From positions 224,436 through 288,435 of the forward strand of contig SMSO01000031.1 of NCBI GenBank assembly GCA_004764695.1: DNA of 64,000 nt, in the 5' to 3' direction. Positions 56,050-64,000 of the stretch are shown piece after piece (the stretch's first letter is position 1; each line of letters opens with the position of its first letter). A model generated the notes under the pieces. It saw nothing but the letters and a program-made list of their open reading frames with translations, did no database searches and was not told the DNA's origin. This DNA is from Schizochytrium sp. TIO01. Lineage: Eukaryota > Protista > Bigyra: Labyrinthulomycetes. The position numbers and the translations under genes are program-made.

Positions 56050-56080
56050 GAAGAAGAAGAAGAAGAAGAAGAAGAAGAAG
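56050..56080. repeat. (GAA)n microsatellite just 3' of the PP2A B56 gene
   Basis: Directly visible. Confidence 0.9.
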
Positions 56081-56104
56081 AGAGAAATAACATAGGCAAA
56101 GTCA

Positions 56105-57673
56105 TCACGAATCCAAACGTAGAGGTGCTGCTGCCCGAATGTTATTCTGCGCGCTTTGCTGGAAAGCTAGCATGGCTGGGGTTGGCGCATCTCCAGCCAT
56201 AGGAATGGGCGATGGCGGCGCTGAGTTCACAGGTGATGGTGGTGCTTGAGATGCCTCAGGCTGTACGGTATAGGATTGCATAAACATGACAGGCATATTA
56301 CCGTCAAAGGCGGCTAAGTTTCTGGATTTAATCGCTTGCCAATTCGCCTCGCGCTGCTTGACACGTGCTTGCTCAGCCTGATCCGTTGCCCTGCTCTGCT
56401 CTTCAAGCTTAGCCCATAGTTCGCCATTAACCCGAGTCTTACACAATCGAATGACTTCATCTGCGAGGCTGCGCACAGTCGTATTCCAGTGGTCCTTTTT
56501 CTTCTCTAAACACTTAAAAAGAACTGGCAGGACAACCTCTGCGTGCTTGCGACCAAAAAAATGAGTTGTAATGTGCTCATTGTTCCACAGATAAAGGGTT
56601 CGTTCAACAACCTGAAAGTGCTCGCTATCGATGGATTTGGCGACGATTTTGAGTACATACGGAAGTGCCTGGGGAACCAAGTCAGGCGGCGAGCTTTCAA
56701 GGATATCTTCGAGCTCGTTCAGAAAGAGAACTTGCCGTGATGAGTGAGCCCAAGGCCAGTACTTGGTGAGACCCTTCACGATGGGCACTAATGTGGACGG
56801 GTCCTTCTCAATGTACTGGCAGATGCAGTATGAGAGCTGGTTGTGGTAGGTACCCACAGTAGAGGTCTTATGGAGCGGGATGAGGGAGGTGTTGAGGAAG
56901 CGAATGTGCTCTGGCTTGAGCGGCAGCGCAAACCCGTTGATAATGCTGCCAAGAATCTCGAGCAGTTCACTAATACCATTGTGGCGCTGAGTCTCGAAGG
57001 CGAAGCGCTGGAAGGTGTAGCTAAGCTGGCGACGAATGAAGGCTCTGTGAGACATGAATTTTCCATATACCCGGTGAAGAATTGTCTTGAGATAGTCTCT
57101 CTCGCGTGGGTCCTCAGAATCAAAGATCTGCACAAGCTTAAGGCAGAAAGTCTGGTCAATGACGTTCTTGCGTTTCGCCACCTTGGCCACAACCTCCCTC
57201 GACAGCACAAATCTAAGCAAGAACTCGTAAACCACCTGTAAATGCGGCCACGACGGCTCCAGCACGGGTTCATCCTCCTCTGGATCAAAGCCATCTACCT
57301 GAGGCGGTAGAGCTCTGAACATGTTCACCGAGACCATTCCTACAACGTCCTCCATTACCCCAGGTTCCGCAAAAATCTTTTGGCCTCGATCCGAGTTCAC
57401 ATACTCAATTAGCTCCAGCATTGTGTTACGCTTCAGGTCCTTGCCCACCTGATTGCTGTTCGAGTCAAAGTTAAACCGCACCCTGCACATCTGCAGCTTA
57501 AGCCTGAATAAATTCGGATGCTCACTCACAGGAACATCGCGAAGCATAGGAAGCTGCACCATTTCCTGCGTCGCGCTTTCCCGCGTCATTGACGAGCGTC
57601 TCCTGTGGTGCGCTCTGCGCGTGCCGCGCTTGAGCGCCTCTTGCTCGTCCACGCGAAATTCGACCTCCATCAT
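56105..57673 (-). CDS. PPP2R5: PP2A regulatory subunit B' (B56 family)
   Basis: FDPEEDEPVLEPSWPHLQVVYEFLLRF, FDSEDPRERDYLKTILHRVYGKF, HNGISELLEILGSIINGFALPLK, SEHFQVVERTL. Confidence 0.97.
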   Translation of the reverse strand: MMEVEFRVDEQEALKRGTRRAHHRRRSSMTRESATQEMVQLPMLRDVPVSEHPNLFRLKLQMCRVRFNFDSNSNQVGKDLKRNTMLELIEYVNSDRGQKIFAEPGVMEDVVGMVSVNMFRALPPQVDGFDPEEDEPVLEPSWPHLQVVYEFLLRFVLSREVVAKVAKRKNVIDQTFCLKLVQIFDSEDPRERDYLKTILHRVYGKFMSHRAFIRRQLSYTFQRFAFETQRHNGISELLEILGSIINGFALPLKPEHIRFLNTSLIPLHKTSTVGTYHNQLSYCICQYIEKDPSTLVPIVKGLTKYWPWAHSSRQVLFLNELEDILESSPPDLVPQALPYVLKIVAKSIDSEHFQVVERTLYLWNNEHITTHFFGRKHAEVVLPVLFKCLEKKKDHWNTTVRSLADEVIRLCKTRVNGELWAKLEEQSRATDQAEQARVKQREANWQAIKSRNLAAFDGNMPVMFMQSYTVQPEASQAPPSPVNSAPPSPIPMAGDAPTPAMLAFQQSAQNNIRAAAPLRLDS

Positions 57674-60600
57674 GGCGAGCCGCTCGGATAGCTTGCTTGC
57701 GGCAGCCCTTCAGCAAGAGGCCCTCAGAGCAAGGTCCTGACCGGAGAGGTACGCAACGAAACCACGGAGCGACCTCAGCGCCAGGGCCCTGAGCGCCGCG
57801 AGTCGAGTCGAGCCACGCCGCCGCTGCGCTTTCGCTTTTGCCTTCGTCTTCGTGTCCAAATTTTGTCATCTTCTCTTTCTTTCTCTTTCTTTCTTTCTCT
57901 TTCTTTCTTTCTCTCTTTCTTTCTCTCTTTTCTCCAATTAAAAAATTCCAAAGTTTCTTTCTTTTCTTCGTTATTCTTCTTCTTCACTGATCGTTGGTAC
58001 CCATGATCTTTCAGTTCTGAAGCAAAAGCCAAGTCGATGTCTGTCGCTCGAACCGCGTTGACCTCCTCTAGCGTAGTCTCGGACACCTTTCTTGGCACCC
58101 TTGGACGTGCCAGTTTAGCATTCGCACGTCTGCGATGCGCTGTGGATTGATTGCATTTTTCTGCATTCTTCACGAGTTCCGACAAAAAAGTCAAATCGAC
58201 GGTCTTTTCCAACTTAATTCTGTTCAGAAGTTTACAACTTGAACACCAAAATAATAGTAATAACTCGCTCAGGAACACGGTCAGTTCGATTCCAATTCGT
58301 TGGTTCTTATTGGAGTTCTCGCGAGGAGATCGAACCGATTCCCTCCGGATCACTTCTGAGTTTACCTCGCGATACCGAACAAAGTCCACGTCTTTAGACC
58401 AACCGATTGATTCTTTCTTCTCTTTTGGACTCCGCCGATGATGATCTTTCGTGTGCAGACGTCCGCGCAGCAGTAGTAGGACAGCGGATACTCCACTTGC
58501 GGCAACCCTGCTCTACTATAGAGAATGGAAAAAGTTCTATAGTAGGCAAAGGACCCTTACTATAGAAGTTTTGCCGTATTTCTCAGCGCACTGGCTAGGA
58601 CCAAGTTCCCCGTATTCCCGTCTCTTTCGCCGGGTCTCATAATGGGATAAAAGGGGCGATACAGTTGAGAATGAGACCCTGCACAGTAGAATAAAGGCCG
58701 CGGTATAGTGGGGAATAGCGCTGTAAGTGGAACGTTTAACGCGGGCACAGCCTGGGGTTTGGGAGAAATTGCAGAACTAGAGAGCTATGAGCCAAGAGCA
58801 ACAATGAATTTCAAGAGCTAGAACAGCGGGTTCAGCAGCCTCGATTAAAGATGATGCAAGGTATTTAGAGCGTGCACTGCAGAGATTACTAGGCTGCAAC
58901 GGTTGCAGACGTGCGATAAGTGGAAAGATGTCTCCAACGACCTCTTAAAACAAAACAAAAACTAACATTTTATTTTATTTTTTTGTAGTTTTATTTTTTT
59001 TTATTTGGAAAAAAAGAAAAGAAAAAAATAACATTAAGTAATTTCTGATTTTCGCCAAAATGTAGAAAACGAAACCTCAATCGAAGCCCAGAAACCTCAA
59101 GGCTTATCCGTGTCGTGTTCGCTGGCGGAGCTCTCGAGACTCCAAACCTGCGACAAAACACGCCCCGCTGCGACGCAAGAGCCACGCGAAATATGACTGG
59201 CACACGTGGCAGAGAAGCCAGCTGGAGTTGCCAAAGGTGATGTGGAAGCTGGCATTGTCGGCTTCGGTAGCTTAGTAGTAGGAGCACTTTACCCAAAGCT
59301 GAAGACGACGCTCGAAACCATTCGAGACAGCTTGAGCATGATTCACTGAAGAACTGCACAGACCCATGAGACCAACCTTTCGGTGGACCATCGCAGTCGT
59401 GGATGCGTATTTGGCCCTTACTTGCATGCCAAGAGACCTCTCCATCGACGCCGACGAGTCAGGCTCAGAAACCAATAGCTCGAAACGTCCTATCCAGGAG
59501 GTACCTCGACTTTTCGAAGGCCAGCCAGGGTTTCTAAATTCGATGGAAAGGTCATTGCGTCTGGCTTGGCATCGCGAGCTGCAATATTCTGAATGCGTTC
59601 AGGTCGCAGATTTCATCGTGTGGACACTCCCGTGGCTTCGACAAGCCACAATGAAATTGCAATCTCTGCAACATCACCCTGGCTGCAAAGACGCCCGAAA
59701 ATGATAGTGATTAATCAGGAACTGCAGCGCAACACCAATATTGCAGTGACGCCGGGAATGCATCCTCTCGCGTTCATGGTTTAGCACCTGTGCACGTGAT
59801 AGTCCTCTTCAACCGTGTGTATCTGATGTGCTGCACTATCCTATCTATAACAAATCAAATAGAGCACAAGGTGTCACTGATTTCAGCAGTGCAGGCGCGA
59901 GACCTGATCTACACTCCGAGCAAGCACCGCGAAGCCTCTGCTTTGCACTTGCTTCATGGTTTGCTTACGTCCTGCGCATTGCAAAGCTTGCTCAGAAAGA
60001 AAACGACAATCGTAATTTCTCCAAAACAGAGCAAAACAGAGAGAAAAAACAAACTAAAACCTAAAATCCGTATTGAAAAATATCATACACTAGGCCTGTG
60101 CTAACCACTGCTACTGATGACCCCAAGGTGCAAAGTTTTCTGGTATAGCCGTTACTTACGCGGAAAGCCTAAGCCTGAACACAGTGGATTTAGCTTTTAC
60201 ACATGGCATTAATGCTGCCAGAGCCTGCTCTGAGATTATGATACTGTCTCCAATCCATGTACACTCTGTTTGCATACGGTGCCTTCGACTCGTCTCGAAG
60301 GCTTCTTCCGCTCACACTGACTGTGTACCGCCACGATAATATTCTATTTCGAGTTCTGTCAACTAGCCCTGACTCTGGATAAGCTTGGTGTGGATTTGCA
60401 ATTGCTCTGGTGGCAGAGGCAAGCGATGCTTACGAAGAAGAATTGGGTGAGGAATAGTGAGTGTAATCCTTCCTCTGATTGCGCAGTTCTCGATTTATGT
60501 ATATGTATTTATCTGTTCTGATTGTATGAATTCTGTGTTGCTGGGCTGAAGAATTAAATAACATATAATGTAATGGGAGGAGGTGACATGGTCGCGTCTT

Positions 60601-61224
60601 CTTCTTGTTTATGTTGCCCAATCTCGAAGGATCCTCTCGTTGTCTAAGCCCCGGAAACGGCTCCGTTCTCCTTCTTGTATTTCACAAAGTACTTCAGATT
60701 CATTGGACCCCCTCCTCCTCATGAATGAATAAAGGCGAAAATGCAGGACCTTTGAGGATTGCAGGATTTTTCAGAAGTCTCAGGGCTTGATGCAAAACAC
60801 CGCATGCATCGATTTCACCCAAGGTCTGTCTAATCGCCATGCCAAAGTCGTCAGCAGACTCGCACGTGACTGACTCGCCTGGATAAGAAGTAGCCGCATT
60901 CTATTGAGATCGATCAGTATCATATCACTGATTGTTGCCATAGTCACGACCGACTTTGCTATCGACCATGTAATAACTACTGTCGGTAGTACCTCATTAG
61001 ACTTTGATAAGAGGTGCATGGAGAACAAAGGATCTTTGGGCAACAACTTATGAGGTGAACGCTTTCCAAAGCTCAAGTCCTTCAGGTGCAAAGCTCTCAA
61101 GGAAAGGTACCGTTGCAAAGCTGGAGCCCGTCTGAGAGGTCCTCTTCCGAAGAAATCGAGCGCAAGCCCGAACAGGTTTCCCCAAGCGTCACCGGTGGAC
61201 CAGATAACCCCTTTGCTCGTAAGA

Positions 61225-62931
61225 ATGGCCCAACTGCCTGAACTTATTGAAAGCGGTGACTTTGAAGGTGTGGAGAACCTGGTGACCAAAGACTCGAGGT
61301 GTCTGGAGATAAATTGCGATGGAGGGACTCCACTCCATGCAGCGATTAAAAGCGGCCAAGAAGATATTGCTCTATTGCTTATTAGGCATGGCATTAATGT
61401 AGACGCAACAGATAGCGATGGGTTCACAGGGCTCATGTACGCCTGCTGTTATCGCCAAACTGCAGTTGCCCTGTCCCTAATCGAAAAGGGTGCAACAGTA
61501 GATAGCAAAACTGACGATGGAGATACAGCCCTGATGCTTGCAAGTAGCTACCAAGGGGAAGAGATTGTAAAAGTTCTTATTGGGAAAGGATGTGACGTGA
61601 ACTTGCAGAACCGAAATGGTGAAACTGCACTGACGTATGCATGCACGGAGGGCGAGGAGAGGATTGCTCGATTTTTAATTGAAAGTGGTGCCAATGTGAA
61701 CCTCCAAAGAAATGATGGGACGACAGCATTAATGCTTGCATGTTCTCACGACAGCAGTGATACGGCGAAACTCCTCATTGAAAAGGATGCTAGAATCGAC
61801 CCCAAAGACAAACATGACAGCTCTGCCCTCTTGTATGCATGTGCAAATGGACAATCCGAAGTGGCACAAATACTTGTTAGAAAGGGAGCATTGCTCAGTG
61901 GCCAAAACGATGAAGGGTATACATCACTGATGTTCGCCTGCACAATGGCTGAACCAGACACTGCTCTAGTGATGATAGATAAGGGAGCCCCAATTGATCT
62001 TGTAAACGAAGAAGGGTGTACAGCACTTATGTATGCTTGTCGTTATGGCCAGCTAGGTACTGCTAAGCTTCTTATTTCACGGGGGGCGAGGCTTAATTTG
62101 CAAAACAAAGCTGGTTTGACAGCTCTCATGATGGCTTGCGCTCAAAAGCATCTCCCAATTGTTCAACTGCTGATAAAGGAAGGTGCAGACCTCAATCTAC
62201 AAGAAAATACTCAAAACATTACAGCATTGATGATTTGCGCAAATTCTAACCAACTTGAGATTGCGCAACTATTAATGGACGGTGGAGCGGACCTTGATGT
62301 ACAAGATGAAGAAGGCACAACTGCGCTATTGTATACATTTGTCTCTGACGCTGTGAAGCTTGCTCGCGCCCTCGTTGAGAAAGGAGCTCGTATTGACTAC
62401 CAAGATGTTAACCAAGTTAATGCATTGATGAATGCGTGTGGTAAAGGTTGGCTGGAACTGGTAAATCTTCTTCTCGAAAAAGGTGCCCCAATCGACAGTC
62501 AAGATTGTGATGGAATGACTGCAATTATGTATGCTTGCTTAGCCCCAGAAGATTCTGAGCTTTCGACGCCAGCAAATATGTTAGCTTGCCTTCAGTCTTG
62601 CTGGTGCAGAGGTGGTAAGCTTGACATTGTAACGAGCCAAAATAAAGACGCTCTGTGTGTAGCCCGTGAGGAAGCTCGCGAAGATGCGGTTGCCTTCCTC
62701 GAATATGTTTCGAACACTCCCGTGGCCACAATTATTTTGGAAGAACTCAATTTCAGTCGACAAGTTCTTCTTGCATTTTTTGCAAAGGGCATATCTGACC
62801 TAAATGCGTGTTCGTTGCTTTCTGACAACGATCTCCGCACTTTGGGAATTGAATCAGAACAAGAGCAGCAACATTTTGCAGAACTTGTGGCTCGCGCCAA
62901 GAAACAAGGCGGGAAGCTGCGCAAAGTGTAA
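61225..62931 (+). CDS. Ankyrin-repeat protein (about 12-13 repeats) with a C-terminal SAM-like domain
   Basis: Repeated GxTALMxAC...GAxxD/N. The C-terminus LEELNFSRQVLLAFFAKGISDLNACSLLSDNDLRTLGI matches the SAM pattern. Likely start is ATG 61225. Confidence 0.9.
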   Translation: MAQLPELIESGDFEGVENLVTKDSRCLEINCDGGTPLHAAIKSGQEDIALLLIRHGINVDATDSDGFTGLMYACCYRQTAVALSLIEKGATVDSKTDDGDTALMLASSYQGEEIVKVLIGKGCDVNLQNRNGETALTYACTEGEERIARFLIESGANVNLQRNDGTTALMLACSHDSSDTAKLLIEKDARIDPKDKHDSSALLYACANGQSEVAQILVRKGALLSGQNDEGYTSLMFACTMAEPDTALVMIDKGAPIDLVNEEGCTALMYACRYGQLGTAKLLISRGARLNLQNKAGLTALMMACAQKHLPIVQLLIKEGADLNLQENTQNITALMICANSNQLEIAQLLMDGGADLDVQDEEGTTALLYTFVSDAVKLARALVEKGARIDYQDVNQVNALMNACGKGWLELVNLLLEKGAPIDSQDCDGMTAIMYACLAPEDSELSTPANMLACLQSCWCRGGKLDIVTSQNKDALCVAREEAREDAVAFLEYVSNTPVATIILEELNFSRQVLLAFFAKGISDLNACSLLSDNDLRTLGIESEQEQQHFAELVARAKKQGGKLRKV

Positions 62932-63427
62932 ACAAGAATTGCGTTCTCGCTTCCAAGACCCAGTATTATTTTGTGCCCGAGACTTTGAAGAAGATATCAG
63001 TAGCGTACCCACATGCATTCAATATATCAGAAAGTTTTGTGGTGTGCGCCCTGCGACTTTCTCAGCCCTTCATAAACAAAAAGAGTAATATAAAAGAATA
63101 GCGAATCTTATGGTAGGCTTTGAGTGTGTTTTTACCAACTAAATCTAATTAAAGATGCATCTATTAAAGTTTGACCACACATAAGTAGGCATATGTGAAG
63201 AGTATCCCGAAGGCTGGCTCAGCAAAGTATGTCCACATAGGAAACCAGGCCGGAAGGCCGGTCAGTAAAAACCTGCATGTGGTGGCAACTTCCATGAAAT
63301 CATGTGACCATCAAAAGAAAGGCTGCACCCAAGCTGCCTATTACATGCTCCGCTTCAAATTCTTCTTTACTCTCAAGACTCTAAAAGGCGACGTTGAAAG
63401 AGAAAAGAAAGGGACTATAGTGGCTAA

Positions 63428-64000
63428 TTACAGAGTCTTAACGGTGACAGCAGCGCCGGCAAGGCCTGCGTTTGGAAGAGTAGCATCAAACTGATCGCCA
63501 GGAATAGGCTTGGGGGGACCCCGTACAGAGTGAAGAAGCTGATAAGAAGAGGAGACATTACCCGAAGCATTGATAACTGAGATGAGATCTCGAACAGTGT
63601 GGCTTTTGTTAAAGTTGAAGACCTCTCGCTTGCGATTATGCGCAAAAATGACTTGCACACGGATCTTAGGCTCACCTTCGTCCACAGTCACAGGGTCTGA
63701 CTTTGCCTCTGAGTACGCAATGACAGAGCTATCTGAAGCCGAAACGCCACCAGCCGCCTGGCCGCCGCCACTGAAGGCGACGTACGGCGGAGGGACGTAC
63801 TCCTCTTCGCGCTTGTCATTAATTTTGAGAGCTGCAGGCTGGCCGTTCACAACAAGCTCCGAAGGGCAAATTCCATTCGAAATGTCTCGGAGGAAGGCAT
63901 CATTCTGAGGCAAGCCAGGCTCGCGCAAAGGGCCATCGTCAAGCGTAAAGCCATTGCTATATAATGTCAGAGTGGTTGTTGGCGCATCACCAAGGTCTGT
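63428..64000 (-). CDS. p47/NSFL1C/UBXN2-like Cdc48 cofactor (SEP-SHP-UBX), C-terminal part; runs off the right edge
   Basis: TLTLYSNGFTLDDGPLR..NDAFLRDISNGICPSEL (SEP), AFSGGGQAAG (SHP box), IRVQVIF..FNKSHTVRDL..PPKP..TLPNAGL (UBX). Confidence 0.9.
   Translation of the reverse strand, partial: TDLGDAPTTTLTLYSNGFTLDDGPLREPGLPQNDAFLRDISNGICPSELVVNGQPAALKINDKREEEYVPPPYVAFSGGGQAAGGVSASDSSVIAYSEAKSDPVTVDEGEPKIRVQVIFAHNRKREVFNFNKSHTVRDLISVINASGNVSSSYQLLHSVRGPPKPIPGDQFDATLPNAGLAGAAVTVKTL

Noticed and set aside
57775-58389. 204-aa ORF upstream of the PP2A B56 gene
   Set aside because: It runs through a purine-rich microsatellite (KERK repeats), has a non-ATG start and is probably 5' UTR or intron.
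60780-61436. 218-aa minus-strand ORF
   Set aside because: It partly overlaps the ankyrin gene antisense and has no domain features.

Overview
Intron-poor eukaryotic genomic DNA of moderate GC content. The gene content (BBS8, AP-4 sigma, PP2A B56, Nup88, p47) and style suggest a flagellated protist, probably a thraustochytrid or other stramenopile (inference). There are about 14 protein genes. Highlight 1 (about 5.3-20.2 kb, minus strand) is a tandem cluster of probable immune or cell-death receptors. Two paralogs have an MLKL-like four-helix-bundle plus brace N-terminus, a TKL kinase domain and a C-terminal array of 44-aa (132-bp) armadillo repeats. One paralog is an intact kinase (HRDLKPAN, DFG); the other has lost both Mg-binding residues (HRDLKPAK, GFG). 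The repeat scaffold is homogenised at the DNA level while the helix-3 ligand-binding face is hypervariable and shuffled, and repeat units appear to be exchanged between paralogs. A third, ARM-only gene ends in a CaaX box created by a Gly-to-stop change inside a repeat. Highlight 2 (44.7-51.5 kb) is a 2244-aa protein with a signal peptide, about 4-5 repeated ~320-aa extracytoplasmic modules and a duplicated PqiA/LetA-family membrane domain, a possible single-chain eukaryotic lipid-transport machine. Four genes are each broken by a single +1 frameshift next to a stop codon; assembly error is the most likely cause, but recoding is testable. No rRNA, tRNA or CRISPR array was recognised.
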